A stretch of DNA of 64,000 bases from Dehalococcoidia bacterium (lineage in GTDB: Bacteria > Chloroflexota > Dehalococcoidia > Lucifugimonadales > Australimonadaceae). A program made the translations under genes and the position numbers. The stretch is from positions 622,949 through 686,948 of the forward strand of contig OY764542.1 in NCBI GenBank assembly GCA_963668465.1, in the 5' to 3' direction. The notes under the pieces are model-generated. The model was not told the origin of the DNA. It saw only the letters and a list, made by a program, of their open reading frames with translations, and made no database searches. Of this stretch, positions 10,317 through 19,010 are shown in pieces; the first letter of the stretch is position 1; the number at the start of each line of letters is the position of its first letter.

Positions 10317-11219
10317 ATGGCCGTCGCAACCTCCCCTGCCGCGATCGCACGCATACCCGGGCTCCGGGTAGTCGGATTGGTCTGGACGTTGCTGCGCCGT
10401 TACCCGGTCATACCCGTCGCGGTGCTCCTCATCGTCCTCGTCATCCCCGCGCTCTTCGCCGAGCTCATCGCGCCCCACGACCCCATCGACGGCAACCTGC
10501 GAGCGCGCCTGCTCCCGCCCGCATGGACCGACGGCGGCGACTGGAGCTACCCGCTAGGCAGCGACCGCCAGGGGCGCGACATCCTCAGCCGCATGATCTT
10601 CGGCGCGCGCACGGCAGCGCTCGTCTCGCTCGCCGCGCTGGCCGTCGGCGGCATCATCGGCTCCGTGCTCGGCCTCGTCGCGGGCTACTTCGGAAGCTGG
10701 TGGGACCACATCATCATGCGGCTGGTCGACATCAACCTCTCCCTGCCGCTCATCCTGCTCGCGCTCGTGCTCGTGGTGCTCTTCGAGCCCGGCACAGCCA
10801 CGACCGTCGCCGTCGTCGCGCTCCTGCTCTGGTCGCGCTACGCCCGGCAGGTGCGCGCGGAGGTGCTGACGCTCAAGGAGATGGACTTCGTCGCGCGCGC
10901 CCGCGTCGCGGGAGCCTCCAACCTGCGCATCATCTTCCGCCACATCCTCCCCAACGTCTTCAACACCATCATCGTCCTCGCGACCCTCCAGGTGGGGAAC
11001 GTCATCCTGCTGGAGGCGTCGCTCAGCTTCCTCGGCGCGGGCATCCCGCCGCCGGACCCCGCGTGGGGCGTCATGGTCGCGGAAGGGCGAGACTTCATCG
11101 TCACGTCCTGGTGGCTCTCGGTCATCCCCGGCCTCGCCATCATGTTCACGGTGCTCTCCATGAACCTCCTCGGCGACTGGCTTCGCGACTACCTCGACCC
11201 CAGGCTCCGCCAGCTGTAG
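10317..11219 (+). CDS. Peptide ABC transporter permease (DppC/OppC-like)
   Basis: LGSDRQGRDILSR, FVARARVAGAS, EASLSFLG, GDWLRDYLDPR. Confidence 0.9.
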   Translation: MAVATSPAAIARIPGLRVVGLVWTLLRRYPVIPVAVLLIVLVIPALFAELIAPHDPIDGNLRARLLPPAWTDGGDWSYPLGSDRQGRDILSRMIFGARTAALVSLAALAVGGIIGSVLGLVAGYFGSWWDHIIMRLVDINLSLPLILLALVLVVLFEPGTATTVAVVALLLWSRYARQVRAEVLTLKEMDFVARARVAGASNLRIIFRHILPNVFNTIIVLATLQVGNVILLEASLSFLGAGIPPPDPAWGVMVAEGRDFIVTSWWLSVIPGLAIMFTVLSMNLLGDWLRDYLDPRLRQL

Positions 11220-11300
11220 GGGCGGTTCGCGAACCGCCCCCTCGGGTCTCCGTCCTTCACCGCTCATGGTGAGCCTGTCGAACCATCCTGCGAAGGCAGG
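11216..11300. repeat. GTAG-tagged REP overlapping the dppC stop, plus further modules
   Basis: gtaggggcggttcgcgaaccgcccc; ccgctcatggtgagcctgtcgaacca; tcctgcgaaggcagga. Confidence 0.8.
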
Positions 11301-11350
11301 ACGCGCTTCAGCGCGCTTCGGCTCCTGCCTGAACGCTATTCTTCCCGCGC

Positions 11351-11668
11351 TCAGATAGGGACTTCCCTCACCTCTCCCGGCCGCGCCTCGGCAACGGCGG
11401 CGCGGATGTCCTCGATGCGAAGCCGGACGTAGGGCCATGCCGTTCTGAGCAGAACGATGATGGCCAGTCTTCTGCCCGAGAGATTCTGCTGATGCCTGAT
11501 GCTCTGGTCGGTGGTGATCAGGACTTCGTAGCCCTCCTGTTCGGCCCTGTCCAGCAGGTCTCCGTTGAGAAGGCTGTCCCACCCATTCTCTGCCGCCGTA
11601 TCGACCGTGTGTCCGTGGAGGTCCCGCCTGAGAGGCGCGGGCGTTCCGTGATCAAACAGTATCTTCAA
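11351..11668 (-). CDS. PIN-like toxin (DUF5615/VapC45-like)
   Basis: MKILFD..., NGDLL..AE..GYEVLITTDQSIRHQQNL; overlaps upstream DUF433 gene. Confidence 0.8.
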   Translation of the reverse strand: MKILFDHGTPAPLRRDLHGHTVDTAAENGWDSLLNGDLLDRAEQEGYEVLITTDQSIRHQQNLSGRRLAIIVLLRTAWPYVRLRIEDIRAAVAEARPGEVREVPI

Positions 11669-11900
11669 GACCGCTCGCGAGCACGGGCACTTTCAGGGAG
11701 TTGGCCGCGTGCTGAAGAACGGCCCTGACCTTCCATTCGTCCACCGGATGGAACCATTCCATGAATTCCTCGACAGTAGCGCCGCTTTCCAGGTTCTCGA
11801 ACAGGGCGGATACGGGTAGCCTGGTGCCGGTGAAGACCCACGCTCCGCTGAGCTTGCCGGGCACGCTTTCTACCGCCGGGCACTTCTCCCAGTCCGTCAT
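11652..11900 (-). CDS. DUF433 antitoxin
   Basis: PGKLSGAWVFTGTRLPVSALFENLESGATVEEF DUF433 motif; start MTDWEKC. Confidence 0.8.
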   Translation of the reverse strand: MTDWEKCPAVESVPGKLSGAWVFTGTRLPVSALFENLESGATVEEFMEWFHPVDEWKVRAVLQHAANSLKVPVLASGLEDTV

Positions 11901-11987
11901 GCGTTTACCTCGCTTCCCGCCGCCCTTCCGCTTGCTCGTCAGTTCACAGGAGCCAGCACCCATTTTCCTCCGGCAGACTGCCTCCGT

Positions 11988-13100
11988 CTACCGAGTGCTG
12001 GCAGCAGGCGAGCGCAGCCCGTACATCCGCGCGGCGTTCTTCCAGAGGATCGCCTCGAGCGCGTCGTCCGGCACTTCTTCGTTCTCGACGAGTTCACGGA
12101 TCTCCAGCGCGCACGTCTCGACCGTCACCTCGTGCGGGAAGTCGCTGGACCAGATGAACGGGTCGCTGCCGACGGTGCGCACGGCGTGCGCGAGGTCGGG
12201 CTCGTCGCCCTCGACGCCTATGAAGATGCGCCCTTCGTGAACGTGGCGCAGGATGTGGTCGCGCACGCTGTCGCCGTCGCGCAGCTGCAGGAAGCGACGG
12301 TTCGGGTCGAGCGGTGTGAACGCGTTGTAGGAGCCTTCGCCCCGCTCGAGCGCCATCAGGAACCACGCGACGCCGCCCTCCATGAAGCCGTAGCGCACGT
12401 TCGGGAACTTGTCGAAGATGCCGTTGAACAGCATGCTCATGAACGAGATCATGATGCCGAACGGGTGCCCCATCGCGTGGATCGCCGCGAAGATGTTGAG
12501 GTCGTGGAAGCCGAGGTCGGGGTACGAGCCGCCGTGGACGGAGAGACAGCATCCGAGGCGGTTCGCCTCCTCGTGGACGGGCCAGTAGTGCTTCGCGCCC
12601 AGGTGGCCCTGCAGACCGGTGGCCGGCAGCATCCCGCCGCACATGCCCAGTTCCTCGACCGCGCGCCGCAGCTCCGCAGCCGCGAGTTCCGGCTCCTGCA
12701 TCGGCAGCAGCGCCAACGCCTGCAGGCGGTCGTCCTTCTGCAGGTACTCCTGGTGTATCCAGTCGTTGTAGGCCATGGTCGCCATCTCTATCTGGTCGAG
12801 GTCGACCATCCGCCCCACCGCGAGCGCCTCGGTCGGGTACAGCACAGCGCTGCCGATGGACAGCTCGTCCATGAAGCGCGTCCACCCGCGAACCTCTTCC
12901 GGGTTGGAGAAGGAACCCTCCGGCGAGATGCTGAGCAGGTTGTGGTAGTTGTCCAGCTCCGGGAAGACGTTCCGGCGGCGCATCCGCTCCACCGCGCGGC
13001 TGGCCTGCAGGTCGCGCGGCATCCTGTCGATGATGCCGTCCTTGTTCTCCAGCACGTGCCCGTCGCCGTCATAGATCGGGCCGTTGTACGTTCGCACCAT
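11988..13100 (-). CDS. Amidohydrolase_2 family protein
   Basis: IYDGDGHVLE, MAYNDW, VH, MEGG..W, WSSDFPH, NAARMYG. Confidence 0.85.
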   Translation of the reverse strand: MVRTYNGPIYDGDGHVLENKDGIIDRMPRDLQASRAVERMRRRNVFPELDNYHNLLSISPEGSFSNPEEVRGWTRFMDELSIGSAVLYPTEALAVGRMVDLDQIEMATMAYNDWIHQEYLQKDDRLQALALLPMQEPELAAAELRRAVEELGMCGGMLPATGLQGHLGAKHYWPVHEEANRLGCCLSVHGGSYPDLGFHDLNIFAAIHAMGHPFGIMISFMSMLFNGIFDKFPNVRYGFMEGGVAWFLMALERGEGSYNAFTPLDPNRRFLQLRDGDSVRDHILRHVHEGRIFIGVEGDEPDLAHAVRTVGSDPFIWSSDFPHEVTVETCALEIRELVENEEVPDDALEAILWKNAARMYGLRSPAASTR

Positions 13101-13137
13101 CGGATGCCTCCTTCGCTGTCCCGTTGTTCCCTTTACT

Positions 13138-13244
13138 TGTCATTCCGAGCGGAGCCGAGGAATCTTTCGGGGCGGCGCGCTGCCGTCTGCCAACGTTCCC
13201 CGAGAGATGCTTCGACTGCGCTTTCAGCTCCGCTCAGCATGACA
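13138..13244. repeat. Inverted pair of TGTCAT-family repeats
   Basis: tgtcattccgagcggagccgaggaatct ... gagatgcttcgac...ctccgctcagcatgaca. Confidence 0.8.
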
Positions 13245-13265
13245 ACCACCCTCCGAACCCCTCTC

Positions 13266-13787
13266 CTAGTCGTACCACTGGCCTGTGACCGTCTTGCCGT
13301 CAGCGACGCCGGGGTCGACGATGGTCGTCTTGAACGGCGGGAAGAGCACGTCCACGATGACGCGCGGCGCGGGCGCGGGGCGTGTGCGCTCCGCCACGAT
13401 CTCGTCGACGCGCTTCACGTGCGCTTCGAGGACGCCCGCGATGAACCGCGCGAACTCCGGGTTGCCGGACGCCTTGATGGCCTCCTCGTCTATCAGCCCC
13501 TCGATCGCGGCTTCGACCGGGTTCGCGGGCGCGGGCACGCCGCCGTGCACCATGCCGGGCGGGTTCCACGTCACCTCTGGCCGCATCTCGTCCGAGAAGT
13601 GGACGGACAGCTCGCCCGACTCGTGCGAGTGGCGGATGCCGACCTCACCGGGGATGAGCAGCAGCGCCGTCACGAGGCACTTGTCGTTCTCGACGAGCGT
13701 GTACCACTTGCGCTTGTGCGCTCCGGGTATCGACTCGCCGCGCCAGCCCTGCTGGTCCGGGGGAAGCGTGTAGGGATTGACGGCCAT
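13266..13787 (-). CDS. Hypothetical protein with cupin-like motifs
   Basis: HSHESGE and PPGMVHG resemble cupin motifs 1/2; RBS AAAGGA before MAVNPY. Confidence 0.55.
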   Translation of the reverse strand: MAVNPYTLPPDQQGWRGESIPGAHKRKWYTLVENDKCLVTALLLIPGEVGIRHSHESGELSVHFSDEMRPEVTWNPPGMVHGGVPAPANPVEAAIEGLIDEEAIKASGNPEFARFIAGVLEAHVKRVDEIVAERTRPAPAPRVIVDVLFPPFKTTIVDPGVADGKTVTGQWYD

Positions 13788-13974
13788 AGCGTTCCTTTCT
13801 CTGCGTTCGCTCATGTCCGGACGTCGTGACGTCCGGCGCCAACGCGTTCGCAGCGCGCGCCCCTGCCCTCTTGAAGCCGGAGCGTCCGCATCGCCACAAT
13901 GGCAACTGCACCGATGCGGCTATAAGATAGCGCGTAATCGCAGCGCAGTCCAAGCCGGACACGGAGGATTCGCC

Positions 13975-15285
13975 ATGCTGAGCACGGCTGACAACGAGAT
14001 GCTGACGCAGGTGGGCAAGGGAACGCCCATGGGCGAGATGATGCGCCGCTACTGGCTCCCCATCATGCCCGTCGAGGAGCTCGGCGGCCCCGACGGCGCC
14101 CCCCAGCGCTTCCGCCTGCTCGGCGAGGACCTCATCGTCTTCCGCGACTCCAGCGGCGACGTGGGCGTCTTCTCCGAGACGTGCCCGCACCGCGGCGCTT
14201 CCCTCTTCTTCGGACGGAACGAGGACAACGGCCTGCGCTGCATCTACCACGGCTGGAAGTACGACGTCACCGGCCAGTGCGTGGACATGCCCAACGAGCC
14301 CGGCGAGAGCAACTTCAAGGACAAGATCCGCGCGTGGGCGTACCGCGGCGCGGTGCACGGCGGTGTCGTGTGGGCGTACCTCGGCGAGGGCGACCCGCCC
14401 GGACTGCCGGACTTCGAGTGGACCGCCATGCCGGAGGAGCAGCGCAACTTCTCGCTCGCGCAGCGCGCCTGCAACTGGATGCAGGGCCTCGAGGGCGACA
14501 TCGACACGAGCCACCTCTTCTTCCTCCACGGAAGGCTGGACCCGGACGGCTCCGGCAACACCGGCGTCTGGCACAACGACAAGCACCCGACGCTGGAGGT
14601 CGTCCCCACGCGCTACGGCGTCGTCTACGGCGCGAACCGCGAGGAGAGCCCGGAGACCACCTACTGGCGCATCACGCAGTTCCTCTTCCCCATCTTCACC
14701 TTCTTCCCCGCCGCCGCAGACGGCACCGTGCCCGGCCACATCTGGGTGCCGATGGACGACCATCACACGATGGTGTGGACGGTCTCCTGGCACCCCACGA
14801 AGAGCGTCGTGGACAGAAGGCGGTTCGGCGTGCTCGGTAACGCGACGCACCCCGCGGGCGAGTTGCTGCCGGACGCCGCGGGGCCGCTCGGACGATTCCG
14901 CCCCCGCGCCAGCCGCAAGAACGACTACGAGATAGACCGCAACCTCCAGCGCACCGAGACGTTCACCGGCATCGCCACTGTCTTCCTGCAGGACCAGGCC
15001 GTCACCGAGAGCATGGGCCCCATCCAGAACCGCAGCATCGAGCACCTCGGGCGCTCGGACGGCATGATCATCCAGGTGCGCCGACGCCTGCTCAACGCGG
15101 CGAAGGCGCTCCACTACGACAACGTGACGCCGCCATGCGTCGAGAACCCGGAGTGGTACCGCGTGCGCTCCGCCATCGGCACGCTCCCCAAGGGCGAATC
15201 CTGGTACGAGCACATGCACGACTGGCTCTACGCCAAGGTCGACGAGCCCCCCGCGCTGGAAATCGCCTTTCCGCACTCGCGCTAG
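13975..15285 (+). CDS. Rieske non-heme iron oxygenase alpha subunit (phthalate dioxygenase-like)
   Basis: MLSTADNEMLTQVG; TCPHRG..RCIYHGW; EGDIDTSHLFFLH; GGAGG RBS. Confidence 0.9.
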   Translation: MLSTADNEMLTQVGKGTPMGEMMRRYWLPIMPVEELGGPDGAPQRFRLLGEDLIVFRDSSGDVGVFSETCPHRGASLFFGRNEDNGLRCIYHGWKYDVTGQCVDMPNEPGESNFKDKIRAWAYRGAVHGGVVWAYLGEGDPPGLPDFEWTAMPEEQRNFSLAQRACNWMQGLEGDIDTSHLFFLHGRLDPDGSGNTGVWHNDKHPTLEVVPTRYGVVYGANREESPETTYWRITQFLFPIFTFFPAAADGTVPGHIWVPMDDHHTMVWTVSWHPTKSVVDRRRFGVLGNATHPAGELLPDAAGPLGRFRPRASRKNDYEIDRNLQRTETFTGIATVFLQDQAVTESMGPIQNRSIEHLGRSDGMIIQVRRRLLNAAKALHYDNVTPPCVENPEWYRVRSAIGTLPKGESWYEHMHDWLYAKVDEPPALEIAFPHSR

Positions 15286-15288
15286 GGG

Positions 15289-15750
15289 TAGGACTGTCAT
15301 TCCGCGTCCCGGTCCCCTGTCCGCTCGTCCTGAGCTTGTCGAGGGATGCGGTGCCCGCTCGTGGTTCGGCAGGCTCACCATGAGCGGACTATCTGCCCGA
15401 TTGCCTTCATCACCACACCCCGGAGTTCGGCGCGCCATCGTGTACCAACGTTCTCCCCGAGAGATGCTTCGACTTCGCTCAGCATGACAGGGTGCGCCTC
15501 GTCGTTCCTGCGAAGACAGGAACCCCGCCCCACTCCCCACCCCGCGTGCGCTGCCCGCACACCCTGGATTCCCGCCGGTGCGGGAATGACGGGGCTGCGT
15601 TAGGGCTGTCATTCCGCGTCGCGGTCCCCTGTCCGCTCGTCCTGAGCTTGTCGAAGGATGCGGCGTCCAATCGTGGTTCGACAGGCTCACCATGAGCGGA
15701 ATATCTGTCCACCTGATTGCCATCATCACCACCACACCCCGAAGTTGGGG
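15289..15750. repeat. ~140-bp direct repeat (15289-15430 / 15601-15750) enclosing REP modules
   Basis: ctgtcattccgcgtc..ggtcccctgtccgctcgtcctgagcttgtcga..gtggttcg.caggctcaccatgagcgga..atcaccacacccc.gagtt occurs twice. Confidence 0.85.
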
Positions 15751-17222
15751 ACGTGGGCAGGGGTGGCGGAGTCGACGCTGCCGTTGTCTTCGTCCTCGTC
15801 GCGGCGCGGGGGCGCCGGGACGCCGACGGGTGGGCGTGGCCGCGGGAGGAGGAATGGCTCGTAGCCGGTCCAGATCTGGAGTGAGGGTGGGGTCATGAAG
15901 GCGAGGGCGAGGGCGTCGGCGCGGTCGGGCGAGGGGAGGCTCTTCTTGCGGAGTTCCCGCTTGCTCTCCATCCACACCTGGCCTGAGCTGGAGACGTCGT
16001 AGCGCAGGGAGAGGAGTTGCGCGGCGAGCTCCTCGTCGTCCGGCAGCGCGATGAAGCGGTCGTTGATGAGGCGGCGCAGCTCCCAGAATATCTCGGAGCG
16101 CAGGTTGACGAAGCGCGTCGGGTGCATCGCCTTGCGCCCGAACTGCACGCCGTGGACGGGCGCGTTCAGCTCGCGCAGGCGGTCGGCGACGCCCGCTCCG
16201 AGGCCTCCCTCGTCCACGAATATGGCCTCCGCGCCGAGTTCGCGCGCCATCAACTCGGTTTCCCCGGCGATCCGCATCGTGTCCACGCGCCCGAACGACT
16301 TCATCTCAACGACGCGCTGTCCGCGGCGCGCGCAGAGCACGGACTTGTCAGTGCCGAACCGGCCAACGTCCACGCCGATGTAGAGCGGCTCGCGGGCGTC
16401 GTCCTCCTCAGTGGGCGCGCCTTCGCCGCTGGGGGCGTCCTCCCCCATCGCGTCCTCGACGGCGGCGCGCCCGACGAGCGAGTCCTCCAGCGTGTCGGGA
16501 AACTGCGCGTAGACGGCTGCGATGAACTTGGGGTGGTCGTCGCCCCATTGCAGGGCTTTGTCGGCGATGTCCTCGGCGGTGATGAGGCCGGGCCGCGCGG
16601 GCTCCTCGCCGGTGAGGTTGGGGGTGTCGTAGGCGGAGATGCGCATGTGGTGGTACTGGTGACGCTTCGCGTGGTGGGACTCGTAGAACGTGCCGGAGGT
16701 GGAGAAGGCGTTGCCCGCGAGAAGCGTCCTGGATGCGTTGAGGCGGACCGCGGCGTCGAAGTGGGACTCCCGGACGGCGTGGGCCTCGTCGACGATGAGG
16801 AGGAGCTCCGGGGAGTGGAAGCCGTGGATGTTGTCCGGGTTATTCGTGGCGAAGCCGATGGCGAACCGGTCGGGCGAGATGAAGTACTTGCCCTTGGTGA
16901 GCTTGCCGCTGAGGGCGTCTCCTGCGGCATCGCAGACGGCGGCGAGCTCCTGCCAGAGGATCTCGCGCACCTGGCGGTTGGTGGACGAGAGGACGACGAC
17001 CTTCGCCTGGGCGCGCGTTTCGAGCCACCAGAGGATGAGGCGGGCGAGCACCCAGCCCTTGCCGCAGCCGTTCGCGCCGACGACGGAGACACGGCGCGCG
17101 CCCGTGACGGCCTCGAGCATCTCGCGCTGCTTCGAGTAAGGCTCCCCCGCCGCGCCGAGGACGTTCTCGACGAACCCGGCGGGGTCGTCCCGGTATTGTG
17201 GATAGCGGACCTCGTTGCTCAT
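15726..17222 (-). CDS. Phage terminase large subunit-like ATPase/nuclease (orphan)
   Basis: DDPAGFVENVLG..PYSKQ, Walker A GANGCGKG, Walker B LLIVDEAH, RNase H-like YIGVDVGRFGTD, FVDEGGLGAGV.D, SPDRADALALA. Confidence 0.8.
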   Translation of the reverse strand: MSNEVRYPQYRDDPAGFVENVLGAAGEPYSKQREMLEAVTGARRVSVVGANGCGKGWVLARLILWWLETRAQAKVVVLSSTNRQVREILWQELAAVCDAAGDALSGKLTKGKYFISPDRFAIGFATNNPDNIHGFHSPELLLIVDEAHAVRESHFDAAVRLNASRTLLAGNAFSTSGTFYESHHAKRHQYHHMRISAYDTPNLTGEEPARPGLITAEDIADKALQWGDDHPKFIAAVYAQFPDTLEDSLVGRAAVEDAMGEDAPSGEGAPTEEDDAREPLYIGVDVGRFGTDKSVLCARRGQRVVEMKSFGRVDTMRIAGETELMARELGAEAIFVDEGGLGAGVADRLRELNAPVHGVQFGRKAMHPTRFVNLRSEIFWELRRLINDRFIALPDDEELAAQLLSLRYDVSSSGQVWMESKRELRKKSLPSPDRADALALAFMTPPSLQIWTGYEPFLLPRPRPPVGVPAPPRRDEDEDNGSVDSATPAHVPNFGVWW

Positions 17223-17335
17223 GGCGTGCCTTCGTTCCGTTGTCGTCTCTTCGTGATGTCGCGGGGCGGTCCCATTCGAGGAGCGGCAGAGCGATTCGCG
17301 AACCGCCCCTACGGGAGCCTTCTCCACCGCTTAAC

Positions 17336-17368
17336 AAAAAGAGCCCCGGCCTCTGGTGGCCGGGGCTC
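17336..17368 (-). terminator. Rho-independent terminator
   Basis: Minus strand GAGCCCCGGCC-accaga-GGCCGGGGCTC followed by TTTTT. Confidence 0.7.
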
Positions 17369-17548
17369 GTCCCCGTTCGTTGTGCGCGCGCCCTATCGCA
17401 CTGGGTGGGGCGCGTGTTACGTACATGATAACCGATGGGGTGTTGTATGCGCAACTATGGGAAGTCGCACGGGGGACACATTCACCCCGGAACAATCAAC
17501 ATGAATGGACTGGACTGGGGCGAGGCCGGGGGGCTCCGCAGGGTCCGG

Positions 17549-17921
17549 CTACTCCCTGGCCCGGATGACGACGCTGCCGCCGTCCTCAATCTCCACGTAC
17601 AGGCTGTGGCTGTCGAGCAGCGCCATACCTACGAGGGGGTCGACGCCAACCGCCCCGGTTTCGACGTATCTTGGCTCGCCGTCCCAGAGCATCGTCACGC
17701 CGTACACATCGAAGACAGCCTCGCTGCCGTCAGCCAGAACAGCCTCGGCGTCACCCACAACAGGCAGACCCAGATCCGCCACCAATGCCGGGGGCAACGT
17801 CAGATAGCCGTTGAAGCCGGTGTCAACCACGGCGTCAATCTCCCGCGCCTGCCCTGTAGGGCCCAAGCAGGGAAAGGGGTACGACAGCTTCGAGACGGGC
17901 GTTGACGACGCCCTCGATCAC
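17549..17921 (-). pseudogene. Clan AA (retropepsin-like) aspartic protease, frameshifted by one base near 17866-17870
   Basis: GTG start coupled to upstream TGA gives VIEGVVNARLEAVVPLSL; AVVDTGFNGYLTLP...LADGS...LVGMALL continues in a different frame. Confidence 0.6.
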
Positions 17922-18202
17922 CCTGCTCTCCGAAGGGAACTGCCCCCGAAGCGATACAACGCGCGATGGCCGACCCGCATGAGCCAGACCTCAGCATCCG
18001 GGTGTTGGCCCCTCAGGCTCTCAGAGGCGGCGATGGCATTCCCGCCAAACGCCCAGCCGCCGCTGTCGACGTCGATGGCGACGACCTCTCCGTGGTGGTC
18101 TGCCTCGACCTGCCGCCGGATGTCCCGCTCGTAGATGGCCTTGCCCAAGCGGGCGATCTCGTCCCGCGAGCGAGCGGGCGGCGTTGCTTCTGCGTCTGCC
18201 AT
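17918..18202 (-). CDS. Small hypothetical protein (DUF5678-like partner of clan AA protease)
   Basis: EIARLGKAIYE..HHGEVVAIDVDSG..; GTGA overlap with protease gene. Confidence 0.65.
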   Translation of the reverse strand: MADAEATPPARSRDEIARLGKAIYERDIRRQVEADHHGEVVAIDVDSGGWAFGGNAIAASESLRGQHPDAEVWLMRVGHRALYRFGGSSLRRAG

Positions 18203-18342
18203 ACGATCCTCTCAGCGGGCGTGCTTTTCGTCCGGTATCTTACCATCCACCGCCGCACCCTCACACGCCTCTGGCTCACCTTCACCGCGCGGTGAAGCGC
18301 GTTCCCCTCTCCCATCTAGAGAGAAAGGGCGGGACGAGCGCC

Positions 18343-18725
<383 letters not shown>

Positions 18726-18734
18726 GACGTGTTC

Positions 18735-18740
18735 AGTATA
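18735..18740 (-). promoter_or_regulatory. Putative -10 element (TATACT) of rnpB
   Basis: TATACT ~10 nt upstream of the mature 5' end; adjacent 8-bp hairpin acgcccct-gct-aggggcgt. Confidence 0.45.
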
Positions 18741-18774
18741 CGCCCCTGCTAGGGGCGTGCTTGGCGTGGGGTAG

Positions 18775-19000
18775 TTCTTCCCACCCACCCGCCCGGAATG
18801 CTGTGGGGGACACCCCCACGCCCCCGGCAGAGGGGGCTTCGCCCCTCTGCACTCCCCGTTACCCTGCCCCGCCGCGCGGCCTGCGGCCTCTGGATTCCCG
18901 CTTTCGCGGGAATGACGGGTCGGGGGCAAGGTGCGACCAGCGGGAACGGGGCGAGTGCGCGACCCAACGGTCGCATCGGATTCCCGCCGGGGCGGGAATG
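18775..19000. repeat. Composite REP-like array
   Basis: ttcccacccacccgcccgg..gggggacaccccc..ggcagagggggcttcgcccctctgc; ctggattcccgctttcgcgggaatgacg; ggattcccgccggggcgggaatg. Confidence 0.8.
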
Positions 19001-19010
19001 GCGGTGGTTC

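Noticed and set aside
11351-11900. DUF433/PIN pair as a novel system
   Set aside because: It is a well-known type II toxin-antitoxin arrangement; listed as features only.
13645-15975. Long antisense/alternative-frame ORFs (e.g. 776 aa here, 42581-44494, 12132-13829, 29679-31976 extension)
   Set aside because: Shadow ORFs of high-GC genes or read-through of REP arrays; no recognisable motifs.
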